From an uncultured bacterium (GTDB lineage Bacteria; Krumholzibacteriota; Krumholzibacteriia; JACNKJ01): a DNA stretch of 64,000 bases. Below, piece after piece: positions 1-12,379 of this stretch. The stretch is from the NCBI GenBank assembly GCA_963695095.1, contig CAVOFT010000001.1, positions 576,001 through 640,000 on the forward strand, read 5' to 3'. Position 1 is the stretch's first letter. The number at the start of each line of letters is the position of its first letter. A model generated the notes under the pieces. That model was not told the DNA's origin, did no database searches, and saw only the letters and a list, made by a program, of their open reading frames with translations. Made by a program: the position numbers and the translations under genes.

Positions 1-9
1 GGGAACACC

Positions 10-2704
10 ATGATGAACTGCAATCGTCGCCGCGAGGCCAGCCGGCAATGCGCAGGGCTGGCCTTCGCGCTTCTCTTCCTGCTCATTGGCGCGATCGCCA
101 ATGCCCAGACAGTAACCTTCACTGCCGACAACGCGGCAGACTGCGGTGAGCTACTTGTCGCAGAGGTGCGCATCGCCGACGTCGCTGACGTGCGCGCCTT
201 TTCCTTTGAGCTCACCTACGATGAGACCCTCATCACGCCGGTCGGCGTGAGGGGTGGGGCCTACTGCGGTCGGCCGCCTGTGACACCATCGTCTACTGGC
301 TTGACAAGCCGGGCACCGGCGGCCACACCAGCGACGGCACGATCCAGGTGGACGGCGCAACCCTGGGCTGCTCCGTGGGTGGTACAGGTGCGCTGCTCGA
401 AATCGTTTTCGTGGATGCGGGCATCAAGGGCACGAGCACGCTCGACGCCAGCACGCACCTGCTCCGCGATGCCAGCAATGCCCAGATTGCGCACACCTTC
501 TCTGCGGGCAGCGGCACCAACGCCTGCAACCATGCGCCGGTAGTGACCACAATTCTTGGGCAGAGCATTGCAGAGGGTAGCAGCTTCGCCACATTCGATC
601 TGGACGACTATGTCAGCGATCCGGAAGTATCCGGACGCCCAGATTGCGTGGGTTGCCAGTGGCAATGTGAATCTCGGTGTGGCGATTGACGGGGACCACG
701 TGGTCACGATCACGAACACGAATCGCGGACTGGATGGCACGGAGACGATCACCTTCACGGCCACGGACCGGGAAGTCTCTCCGACGCGGATGCGGCGGCC
801 TTCACGGTGACGGCGGTCAACGATGCTCCTGTCGCTGGCGATGATGCGGACACGGTCGCCGAGGGCGGCACGGTAGTCGTTGCAGTCTTGGTCAATGACA
901 CTGACGTCGATCTCCTGCCGACACGCTGACGGTGACGGGCGTCACGACGCCGGCCCACGGTACGGCGACCATCGGCGGCGGCACCACGGTGACCTACGTC
1001 CACGACGGCGGCGAATCGACGAGCGACACCTTCGATGACACGCTGAGCGACGGCGCGGCGGACGACACGGGCACGGTGACGATCGCGGTGACGTCGTCAA
1101 CGACCCGCCCGTCGTCACGGATCCGGGCGCCCAGACCAGCGTCGAGCGCGATGATCTCCGACCTGGGATTCAGCGATGTCGATGGCCCGAGGAAAGCTGG
1201 TCGGCGATGGTTACCAGCGGACGCAGCATCGCCGCGGGCAGTGGCCTGATCAGCGGCACAATCGACGTGCGGCGCCGCGAGTGGCAGTCCCTACACGGTG
1301 CAGGTGACGCTGGACGACGGCGGCACCGTCGACAACCTCGACGCCGAGAGCTTCAGCTGGACCGTTAGCGTGCTTGCCCTGGCAACGCCGATCGGCGACC
1401 TGCTGGCCAGCCAGGAGAAGTCCCGCAACGGTGCCGATGGCGCCGACGAAGATCAAGCTCCAGTGGACGCGACAGTCGCCGGGACGGACCGCGTCGCCGT
1501 TACCGGAAGGGCTACGGCAGCTATCCAGAGTACGATGATGTGGGCGGGAACGGGCATCCCTGCAGCTCCCGCCGATTCCACGACTGCCGTCGCTGCAGGC
1601 TGGACGCTCGTTTCGGGCAACTTCGCCAATGGGGCCATGGATGAACCCGCCAGCCGGGATTTCTGGTCTACGTCGCCTTCGTGCACAATGGCTGCGGCCT
1701 GCCTGGCGGTCTCGAACCGCACGGGCGGCACGCTCAACTACCATCTTGGCGATGTCTACAATGGTACGACGCCCGGCGCTGGCGACAGCCAGGTGCTGCT
1801 CAACGACGTCAATCAGCTGGGCGCGCACTACGGCACGACGGAAGCCTTGATCCGGCCGAGTACCGGAATTGGCTGGACATCGGCCCGACCACTGACTACA
1901 GCGTGAACGCGCGACCGACGACGGACAACGCGATCGGGTTCGAGGATCTGATCCTCTTCGCCATCAACTACGGCGCGGTCAGCAAGAACCTGACGCCGCC
2001 CGCCCCGGCGGCGGCCGATCTGCTGACGCTCTATGCGCCCAAGTCGCCCGACGCGGATGGCATCTACGCGCTGATCCTGTGGCTGGAGGGCGCTGGCCGC
2101 ATGCAGGGCCTCAGCGTCGCTCTCGACTGGGATCCTGCCGTCGTGGAGCCCGTGGGCATGGTCCCCGGCGACCTGATGACGGCGCAGGGAGGGCAGTCGC
2201 TCGTCCTCGCGCCGGCGCCGGGCGGCGTCGATGCGGCCCTCTTCGGCCTCGGCGGCGCCGGCATCTCCGGTGCGGGCTGCCTGGCGACCCTGAGCTTCCG
2301 GACCCTCGGCAGCGGCGATCCCGCCTTCGGCTTCCGGGCGGTCACGGCGCGGGACGCCGAGAATCACCCGCTCGAGCTACCCGCCGAGCTGAGCTTCGCA
2401 ACTCCGGCCGGGCGAGGCAGCGCCCGCAGTGAGCCTGATCTACGGCAGCTTCCCGAATCCGTTCAACCCGAAGACCACCGTGGCCTACGGCCTTGCGACC
2501 GCGGGACCGGTGACCCTGCAGATCTATGGCGTCGACGGGCGACACCTGCGCACGCTGGTGAACGAGCACCAGGCGGCGGGGCGCCACGAGGTCGACTGGG
2601 ACGGGCGCGACGACTCCGGCGCGCAGCTGGCGAGCGGGGCCTACCTGGCGCGCATGGAGGCCACTGACCGGACGCAGACGATCCGTCTCCTGCTCTTGAA
2701 GTAA
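10..2704 (+). CDS. Secreted multidomain protein: signal peptide, cohesin-like domain, Ig/cadherin-like (tandem-95 type) repeats, dockerin-like module, second cohesin-like domain, FlgD-Ig/T9SS-type C-terminal sorting domain; multiple frameshifts
   Basis: Stitched from ORFs 10..543, 348..689, 556..810, 932..1249, 1298..1906, 1681..2667 and 2429..2704. Signal peptide LAFALLFLLIGAIANA-Q; cohesin-like VADVRAFSFELTYD; Ig-like VNDAPVAGDD; dockerin-like YHLGDVY...FEDLILFAINY; C-terminal SFPNPFNPKTT...WDGRDDSG...LLLLK; TAA at 2704. Confidence 0.75.
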
Positions 2705-2716
2705 GTTGCTGTTCTG

Positions 2717-2750
2717 GCGAACCGGGCCTCTCCGGAGAGGCCCGGTTCGC
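2717..2750 (+). terminator. Perfect 34-bp palindrome/hairpin, probable intrinsic terminator or mRNA processing stem
   Basis: GCGAACCGGGCCTCTCCGGAGAGGCCCGGTTCGC is its own reverse complement, lies 12 nt after the TAA, and has only a weak T tail (TCTCGTAT). Confidence 0.65.
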
Positions 2751-2792
2751 TCTCGTATGCGGCCTCGACGATCTCCTACGCGGAGGTGCGCT

Positions 2793-5700
2793 GTGATCAA
2801 GCGGATGGTCGCGATGCAGTGGCGCGGTCTCGATCGCATGCTGCTCGCGCTGGCCCTATTGGCTGCCATGGGCGCTGGGGCCCTGGTGCAGGCCCTGACG
2901 ATCGCCGACGGAGAATGCCCTGCCGGGTACCGCGCCTTCCGTGTGGGAGGTGAGCGGTGCCGGGAACTTCGACATTCAGGGCTACGCGACCGATATCAGC
3001 GTGAACCAGGGCGAAACGATCGAGTTCAAGATCAAGACGCCGTCCAGCGACTACCGCATCGACATCTATCGCATCGGCTACTACGGCGGCGACGGCGCCC
3101 GCTCCATCACGACGTTGAGCCCAGCGCCTCGCTGCCCCAGCTCCAGCCCGACTGCGACTTCGAGCCCACGGCGAAGCTGCTCGACTGCGGCAACTGGGCG
3201 GTGAGCGCGGCCTGGACCGTGCCGGTCGACGCGACCTCGGGCGTCTACCTCGCACGTCCCGTGCGCGAGGATGCCGGCCACGAGGGCGAAGCCAGCCACA
3301 TCCTGTTCGTCGTCCGCGATGACGACGGCGACTCCGACCTTCTCTTCCAGACCTCCGACACGACCTGGCAGGCCTACAACCGCTGGGGCGAGGGGGGAAC
3401 GGCTCGGGCTACAGCCTCTACGAGGGTCCCGATGGTCAGGCCTACAAGGTCAGCTACAACCGGCCCTTCGGTACCCGCGACTATCCCACCGAGGACTGGT
3501 TCTTCAACGCAGAGTACCCGATGGTTCGCTGGCTCGAGCGCAACGGCTACGACGTCAGCTACTTCACCGACGTCGACACCGATCGGAACGGCGGCGAACT
3601 GCTCGATCACAAGGTCTTCCTGTCCGTGGGCCACGACGAGTACTGGTCTGGCACGCAGCGCAGCAACGTCGAGGCCGCTCGCGCGGCCGGCGTGCACCTG
3701 GCTTTCTTCAGCGGCAACGAGGTCTACTGGAAGACACGCTGGGAGAGCAGTCTCGTCTCCACGCCGCGAGTCACCGCACTCTGGTCTGCTACAAGGAGGG
3801 CGCCGAGGGCGAGAACTACTGCGGCTACAAGTGCGACCCCGGAAGCGGTCATCTGGACCGGTCTTTGGCGTTCCGGCTGCGATTATCCGCTCGCGGATGG
3901 CTGCGAGCCCGAGAACGCGCTCAGCGGTCAGATCAGCTGGCGCGGCACGACGGCGGCCATGACCGTGCCCGGCCGAGTACGGGCGCATGCCCTTCTGGCG
4001 CAACACGAGCGTCGCCACACTCGGCGAGGGCTCCACGGCGACTTTGCCTTACGGAACACTGGGGTACGAGTGGGATTTCGAGCAGTATCATGAATACTAC
4101 CCGGCCGGCCGCGTCAGGCTTTCCCGCACGGTGAACAGTGGCCAGACGCATCAGATGTCCCTCTATCGGCACGGCAGCGGCGCGCGCGTCTTCGGCGCGG
4201 GCACCGTGCAGTGGTCTTGGGGGCTCGACGACGTCCATGACCGCGGCAACACGCCGCCGGACGCGGACATGCAGCAGGCCACCGTGAACCTCTTCGCCGA
4301 CATGGGCGTCGACGAGCCCGCGACCCTCGAGGCCGGCCTGGTCCATGCCCCGCTCACGGACAGCACCGCTCCGAGCTCGGCCATCACCTTCCCCGCGCCG
4401 GGCGCGGAACTCGTGAGCGGCGGCCGCCATCACGGTGATCGGCACTGCGAGCGACGTCGGCGGCGACGTGGTCCTCGTCGAGGTCTCCACCGATGGCGGC
4501 GCGACCTGGCAGCCAGCTACGGGCTACGAGAGCTGGACCTTCGTGTGGACGCCCGGCGCACCGGGCAGCGTCGATCTGCTCAGCCGCGCCCACGACGGCA
4601 ACCTGAATCCCGAGACTCCCGGAACCCCCGTAAGCGTGACCATCCTGCCCCAGGAGTGCCCCTGCAGCCTCTGGAGCGACGCGGTCATTCCGACCATTAC
4701 CGATGTCGGGCCAGGTCAGCCCGTGGAACTCGGCGTGAAGTTCCGCGCCGAGGCGAGTGGTTACATCACGGCCTTGCGCTTCTACAAGAGTGCCGCCAAC
4801 ATCGGCACGCACGTCGGCAACCTTTGGAGTACGAATGGCACGTTGCTGGGCAGCGTGATCTTTGCCGCCGAGACGCCCTCGGGCTGGCAGGAAGAGGCTC
4901 TGAACCCGCCCGTGCCCATCGTTGCCAACACCACCTACATCGCCTCCTACCACACTGCGGTGGGACACTACGCATTCGACGTCAACTACTTCGCCTCCAG
5001 CGACTGGCCTGCTCCGCCGCTGCGGGCACTCGCCGATGGCGAGGACGGGCCGAACGGGGTTTACCTCTATAGTCCGACCAGCGGATTCCCCACCAGTACC
5101 TACCAGGCCTCCAACTACTGGGTGGACGTCGTCTTCAACGAGACGGCGGAGGACCTGCAGCCGCCGGTCATCGTCGCGCGCTACCCGGCGGCCAATGGCG
5201 CCTCGGTGCCCGTTGCCGCCACGATCACGGCCACCTTCAACGAGGCCATCGACGCGCAGACACTGAGCTTCGAGCTCCGTGACGCCGCCAGCCTTCCGGT
5301 CAGCGCGACGGTCAGCTACGACGCCGGCGCGCGCCGGGCATCGCTGCTGCCCGACATCGACCTCGACCCATCCAGCGAGTACACGGCGACCGTGAGCGGC
5401 GTCGAGGATTTACAGGGCAACGCCATGCCTACTCCCGACAGCTGGAGCTTCACAACGGCCGACCTGCCGCTACCACCGCCGGACGAGGGGCCGGGCGGGC
5501 CGATCCTCGTGATCGCGGACGCCGCCGATCCCTTCGGCCGCTACTACGCCGAGATCCTGCGCTGCGAGGGCCTCAATGCTTTCACCGTGACGGACATCAG
5601 CCTCGTGGACGCCGGCGTGCTCGCAGACCACGACGTGGTCATCCTTGCCCAGATGGCCCTGGCTGGAGCGCAGGTCACGCTGCTCACCGACTGGGTGAAC

Positions 5701-8700
5701 GCCGGCGGCAACCTGATCGCCATGCGGCCCGACACGCAGCTCGAGGGATTGCTGGGGCTAGCGAGCGCGGCCAGCACCCTTGCCGAGGGCTACCTGCTCG
5801 TCGACACGGGCAGCGGACCCGGCGTGGGCATTGTCGCCGAGACGATGCAATACCACGGCAGCGCGGACCTCTACACGCTCTCCGGTGCAACAGCCCTCGC
5901 CACGCTCTACAGCGACGCCACGACGCCCACGAGCAATCCCGCCCTGACCCTGCGGGACGTGGGGGGCAGCGGCGGCCAGGCCGCCTGCTTCGCCTACGAT
6001 CTGGCGCGCTCTGTGATCTGGACTCGCCAGGGCAACCCTGCCTGGGAGGGGCAAGACCGCGACAGCCGGCCGCCCATCCGCCCCAACGACCTGTTCTACG
6101 GAGGCGCTAGAGCCCGACTGGGTGGACCTGAACAAGGTCGCCATCCCCCAGGCCGACGAGCAGCAGCGCCTGCTCGCGAACCTGATCCTGCGGATGAGTG
6201 CGGATCGCATGCCCTTGCCGCGCTTCTGGTACTTCCCGAGCGGTCACAAGGCCGTGGTCGTCATGACCGGCGACGACCACAACGGCAGCGGCACCGTAGG
6301 GCGCTTCGATCTAGAACAGGGAGTCAGCCCGGGCGGCTGCTCGGTGGATGACTGGGAGCGCGTGCGCAGTTCGTCCTACATCTACACGGGCAACGCTATC
6401 ACCGACGCGCAGGCGGGCACTTACGATGCTCTTGGCTTCGAGGTGTCGATCCACGTCGATACCGGCTGCGCCGACTGGGCGCCGGCCCAGCTTGAGGCCT
6501 ACTTCGCCAGTCAACTGGCCGGCTTGGCGGCCAAGCTGCCGAGCATCCCACCGCCTACGACCGAGCGGAACCACTGCATCACCTGGAGCGACTGGACGAC
6601 TCAAGCCGACGTCGAACTGGCTCACGGCATTCGCCTGGACACGAACTACTACTTTTGGCCTCCGGACTGGGTGAACAACACGCCGGGCGTGTTCACCGGA
6701 TCGGGAATGCCCATGCGCTTCGCGACGCTCGACGGCAGCATGATTGACGTCTACCAGGTCGCCACGCAGATGACCGACGAGTCCGGTCAGAGCTACCCCT
6801 TTACCGCCAACACGCTCCTGGACCGCGCGCTGGGCGCCGAGGGCTACTACGGCGCTTTCTGCGCGAACATCCACACGGACTCGGCGAACAACCCGGCCTG
6901 GGCGCCGATCGTGGCCTCGGCCCAGAGCCGGGGCGTGCCGGTGATCGCCGCCCGTCAGCTGCTGCGCTGGCTCGACGCCCGCCAGGGCTCCAGCTTCGCG
7001 AACCTCAGCTGGGCGGCGAACACGCTCAGCTTCGACCTGGTCAAAGCGGCCAGCGCACTCAACCTCGAGGCCATGCTGCCGGTGTCCCTCGGCGGCATGA
7101 GCCTGCAGTCGCTTACCGTGGACGCAGCATCCGTGACCACCCGGACCGAGACGATCAAGGGCGTGGAGTACGCCATTTTCGATGCGGTGGCTGGCGCCTA
7201 CGCCGCCAGCTATGCCATCGACGAGACCGCGCCCGTGATCAGCGCGCTCACTGCCACGGCCAACAACGACGGAACGGCCGAGGTCACCTGGTCCACGGAC
7301 GAGCCCGCGACCTCGCTGGTCGATTACGGCACGGACTCCGGCACGCTGAATCTGAACGAGAGCGCGGGCGCCCTGGTTACCGACCATGCGCTGACCCTGA
7401 CGGGCCTGAGTCCGAACACCATCTACTACTACCGGGCTACCTCCCAGGACGGCGCCGGAAACTCCGCGACGCTCCCCGTACCCCCGGCGACGGCCGACTT
7501 CACGACGCCCCCGCCAATCTGCTTCACCGACGCCACCGTGGCCGACTTCGCGCTCGGGTCTGGCGATGCAGGCATCCACATTGGCGAGACTGCCGACGGC
7601 GAGCTGATGCTCGCCCCGACCGAGGTGGCCGAATTCGAGGGCACCGCCTTGCCCGCGGGCTGGGACAGTGGAATCTACGCGGGCGGCAGTCCGGTCGCGG
7701 TCGCGGCTGGCGTTGCAACGCTCGCTGCCGCATGGACGGCCACGACGACCTTGTACAGCAGCGGACACTCGCTGGAGTTCGTCGCGACCTTTGGGGCCGC
7801 CCCGCACCAGTACGTGGGTTTCGGGACGGACCTGAACGGCCCACCCTGGGTGATCTTCGGCACCAACACGAGCGGTGCGCAGCTCGAAGCACGCACGAAC
7901 ATGGGGACCAGCGTGGACGTCGGTCTCGGTACGAGCTACTTCGGGTCACCGCATACCTACCGCATCGACTGGAGTGCTACGGAGGTGGTGTTCTGGATCG
8001 ACGGTAGCGTTGTGAACACCGAGACCGCGAGCATCGCCGGTCCCATGCGTCCCATCGCCAGCGACCTGTATTTCGGTGATTTAGCGCTGACCGTGGATTG
8101 GATGCGGATGAGTCCCTATGCGGCGGCTGGTAGCTTCACGTCCCGGGTCTACAACGCCCTCGGCACCGCCGACTGGGGTAACGTCGACTGGGCTGCCGAC
8201 GAGCCGGCTGGCACCAGCATCGACATCCAAGTACGTCAGGGTGACACCCCGACGCCGAATGGCAGCTGGACGACCTTCGCTGCGGTCATGAATGGGGGGC
8301 CGGTGGAAGGCAGCAGCCAGTACATCCAGTACCGCGCGATTCTCACGAGCACCGACGACACCCAGTCGCCGCGCCTGCTCGATCTCAGCATCGGCTGCGT
8401 TGCGAATGAGGACACGAACCCACCCGTCATCATGAACCTGGCGGTCAATCCCGCTGCCGCCGGCACCTCGGCGACGATCAGCTGGGACACCGACGAGCCT
8501 GCCGACTCGAAAGTGGACTACGGCACCAGCCAGGGCGACCTCAACCAGAGCTTGAGCGACGCGGGCCTGGTGCTGGGGCATTTGCTGGAGCTCACCGGCC
8601 TCACACCCGGCACCGACTACTACTTCCGGGTCAGCTCCGCGGACGCGCTGGCGAACTCGACGACGGAGCCCTCGCCGCCAGCCGATCCTGCCCACTTCTG

Positions 8701-11700
8701 GACCCCGGATCCGGGTCTGCCGCCCTGCCTCGTGGAGAGCACGGTTGCGGATTTCAACGCCGGCACGGTCGGCGCGGGCATCGCGATCACCGAGATCGGC
8801 GACGGCGAGTTGATTCTGGCGCCCGCCCTGGGCAGCGAGTTCGACGGCAGCACCCTGCCGACGGGCTGGCTGAACCACGCGTGGCCCAGCGGCGGCTCGG
8901 TCACGGTGAGCGGTGGTAAAGCGATCGCCGATGGCGCCCTGACGGCGCCGAATGCGCTCTATACCCAGGGACGATCCCTGGAGTTCGTTGCGACCTTTGG
9001 TGCGGAATTCAACCAGCACGCGGGATTCGCGGATGGCATCGGCTTCAACCGCTTTGCGATGTTCAGCACCAGTAACTCGACCACCACCCTGTACGCCAGG
9101 ACAACCAACCCGACAACGCTTACGCCCTTGACGGGAGACTTCCTCGGGACTCCGCACCGCTATCGCATTGACTGGCTGCCGGGCAGCACCGTCTTTTCCA
9201 TCGATGGCGCGGTTCTACACACGACGGCTGCGGTCAGCGCCGGCGATATGCAGCCCGTGTTCAGCGACTACACCAACACGGCCGGGGCGGTACCGCTGAC
9301 CATCGACTGGATGCGCATGAGTCCTTACCAGAGCTCCGGCAGCTTCAGCTCGGCCGTGTTCGACGCGGGCGAGGATTCGAACTGGGGCGTGGTCGACTGG
9401 CTAAGCAGCGTGCCCGCGGGCACCGGGCTTGCGGTCTGGGTACGGACGGGCGATGCCGAAACGGTCGACGACTTCTGGACGGCCTACGCCCAGGTCGCTA
9501 GTCCCGGCAACGTGCTGGGGGGCAACTCCCGCTACCTGCAGTACCGCGTGGATCTCTCGGCCACCGACCTGAGAGAGACTCCCGTCTTCGAGTCGATCAG
9601 CATCGACTGCCAGGGGGGACCCGATCTGCTGCCGCCGGAGATCACAGACCTGCAGGCTCTTCCCGGCCCGCTGGGGGAAACGGCCGCGATCTCCTGGACC
9701 ACGAACGAGCCGGCCACCGGTCGCGTCGATTACGGCCCGGCCCCGGAGACGCTGAACCAGAGCATGGAAGTCCCGGCTTACACGACAGCTCACACCTTCG
9801 GGCTCGTCGGCCTCACCCCGGGCAGCACCTACTTCTACCGAGTGACCTCGGTCGACCCGGACGCCAATAGCACTACTCAGCCCGCGCCGCCGGACGCGGC
9901 GAACTTCACGACCCCCTATCCGCCCTGCGCGGTGGATGCGACCACCGCCGACTTCGCCGCGGGCACCCTCGCCGGCACCTACATTGCGGCGGAGGGCGAC
10001 GGTCTCCTGATGCTGGCCCCCGCCGAGGGCTCCGAGTTCGCCGGCCCGGCTCTGCCCCCGGGCTGGACGCAGGTGCCCTGGTCGGCCGGCGGGGGCGTCT
10101 CGTTCAGCGGCGGCGGCATCATCGTCGACGGCACGCTGGCCGCCCCCGGGTCGCTTTCCGGCTCCGGGCATTCGCTGGAGTTCGTGGCCACCTTTGGGCC
10201 GGAGCCCTTTCAGCACGTAGGCTTCGCGGACAACTTCAGCACCAATCTCTACGCGATCTTCAGCACGCGTCTGACGACGACCACGCTCTATGCGCGCACG
10301 GCACCGGGAAATGACGAGGTCAGCCTCGGCACCGGCTACATCGGCGCACCCCACCGCTTCCGAATCGATTGGACCGCTACGCAGGTTGTCTACTCGATCG
10401 ACGGTACGGTCGTCCACACGGAATCCTCCGCGATCGCCGCATCCATGCGCCCCGTGATCTCCGACGCGAATCCGGGCAGCTCCAGCATCGCCGTCGACTG
10501 GCTGCGCATGACTCCCTATGCCGCGAATGGCAGCTTCGACTCGCGGATCTTCGACGCGGGTAGCCTTGCGTACTGGGATGCCATCAGCTGGAACGCCGAC
10601 GTGCCGGTGAACACGAGCCTCGGCTTCCAGGTGCGCACGGGCAATGAGGCGTTGCCGGACGGCAGCTGGTCGGCCTTCGGCCCGGTCATCGCCGCCTCCG
10701 GGGACCCGGTCGGTCTCACGGGGCGCTACCTGCAGTATCGCGCGCTGCTCGCGACCGGCGATACTGGCCTGACACCGGCGCTCGAGGATGTCAGCTTCAC
10801 CTGCGGCACCTGCGCCGGCACGCCCGCAGCGCTCAGCGTCCTGACGGCCACGCCGCGAGCGACGGGCAACCCGGCCGGGCAAACGGTGGACATCGAGCTC
10901 GCCTGGCCGGCCCAGCCGCCGGGAAACGATGTGCTGATTTACCGCAAGCCCTTCGGAGCCTATCCAGTTTATGAGGGCACGGCGCCTGAGACGCCGGCCA
11001 GCCCGACCGCTGCGGAGAGTGACGGCTGGACCCTCGTGGCCGCCACCCCGGCCAATTCGTTCAGCGACCATCCCGGAAGCCGCGACTACTGGCACTACGT
11101 CGCCTTCGTCGCGAACCCCTGCGGAGAAGCCTCGACGGCCTCGAATCCCGTGGGCGCTCTGAGCTACCACCTCGGGGACATCTACGACGGCGCGAACCAC
11201 GGCACGGGCGACAACCTGGTGAACGGCAGCGACATCACGGAGCTAGGCGCTGCCTACGGCAGCACGACAGCGGACGTCGGCATCTATCTGGACTACGCGG
11301 ATATCGGCCCCACCGTGGACGGTAGCGTGCTCAGCCGGCCCATGCCTGACGGCGCGATCCAGTTCGAGGACCTCATCTTCTTCGCGATCAACTACAGCCA
11401 CGTGGGCAGGCTGCCGTCGCCGCCGCCGCCGGCCCGCGCCAACCAGCTGGCGCTCATGATCCCGGCCTTGCCCGCACCCGGCGAGCGCTTCACGGTGACA
11501 TTGCGGATGAGCGGAGACGGGTCGATCCAGGGGCTGAGCGCTGCGTTGCGCTGGAACACCCGCGTGCTGCAGCCCGAGTCCGTGGCGGTTGGCGAGCTGC
11601 TCGCGGCCCAGGGCGGGCCGAGCCAGGTGTTCTCTCCCGCGCCGGGGCAGGTGGATGCCGTGCTCCTGAGCGCGCGGAATCAGGGCATCTCTGGCGAAGG

Positions 11701-12110
11701 CGTGCTGGCCACGTTGGACTTCCGCGTCCTCGCGGTGGGCGATCCCGGCCTGGGTCTGGGCGAGATCCTTGCCCGCGGCTCCGACAACAGAGCGCGCGCG
11801 ATCGAGGCGGCGGTGCTGCCGGCGGCGCCGGCGGCCACCCGACTGCGCCAGAACGGCTCCCAATCCCTTCAACCCGAAGACCATGCTGAACTTCGACCTG
11901 GCCAGTGCGGGTCGCGTCACGCTGCGGCTCTACGACGTAGGGGGGCGCCTAATCCAGACGCTCGTCGACGAGGAACGCCCGGCGGGCTGGTATCAGGCCG
12001 AGTGGGACGGCCGCGACGCGCAGGGCCGTCGCTTGGCGACGGGTGTGTACTTCGCGTGCCTCGAGACGTCGGATTACCGGCAGACGCGCAAGCTTGTGCT
12101 GGTCAAGTAA
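2793..12110 (+). CDS. Giant (~3100 aa) secreted protein: N,N-dimethylformamidase large-subunit-like (DUF6605) domain, Ig, DUF4082, SbsA/Big_5 Ig, GATase-like, polysaccharide-deacetylase-like, 3x(FN3 + lectin-like) repeats, dockerin-like, cohesin-like, FlgD-Ig CTD; frameshifted
   Basis: GGAGG at 2782, then GTG at 2793. Motifs LLFQTSDTTWQAYN, FLSVGHDEYWSG, LAFFSGNEVYW (DUF6605); VELGVKFRA..GYITALRFYK (DUF4082); KAVVVMTGDDH..RNHCITW (deacetylase-like). CTD PNPFNPKT...KLVLVK is in ORF 11769..12110. Pieces: 2706..3962, 2941..3204, 3521..4093, 3987..5072, 4435..6351, 6122..12238. Confidence 0.8.
7220..10800 (+). repeat. Three tandem ~400-aa (~1.2 kb) intragenic domain repeats
   Basis: Each unit has W.T(D/N)EPA...VDYG (FN3-like), SLEFVATFGA/P, PH.(Y/F)RIDW, DW(M/L)RM(S/T)PY (near 8099, 9308 and 10499) and Y(I/L)QYR. 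Confidence 0.85.
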
Positions 12111-12151
12111 TGGGCGTCGGTAGCCTCCTTTTGCGCGCGAAACAACGCGCG

Positions 12152-12238
12152 CGGCTGGAAGAGATGGGCGGCCGCCTGCGCCTGGAGAACCACCCGGCCG
12201 GGGGCGCGGTGGCGCGGCTCAGCCTGCCGGCGGGCTGA
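12152..12238 (+). pseudogene. Orphan C-terminal remnant of a histidine kinase HATPase_c domain
   Basis: Reads RLEEMGGRLRLENHPAGGAVARLSLPAG*, matching the typical end of sensor-kinase ATPase domains. No upstream kinase sequence is present. Confidence 0.5.
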
Positions 12239-12254
12239 GCCACGCCGCGGGCGG

Positions 12255-12284
12255 TCGACAAGCACCCCCCAAATGGTCTATGAT
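12255..12284 (+). promoter_or_regulatory. Putative sigma-70-type promoter for the first DUF948/YtxH pair
   Basis: TCGACA-N18-TATGAT about 95 nt upstream of ATG 12380. Confidence 0.4.
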
Positions 12285-12379
12285 GCAGGGACGAGCGCCT
12301 CAGGCGCCGCCTCGGGGCCGCAGGCCCAGGGGAGTCCGCGGGCAGGACCGATCGCTGCCGCCAGGCCATGGAGAGAGGG

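Noticed and set aside
2400..11860. Frameshift just before the FlgD CTD in both exoproteins (about 2410 and 11855), suggesting programmed CTD switching
   Set aside because: No slippery heptamer or shared context; both look like the extra-G errors seen throughout the window.
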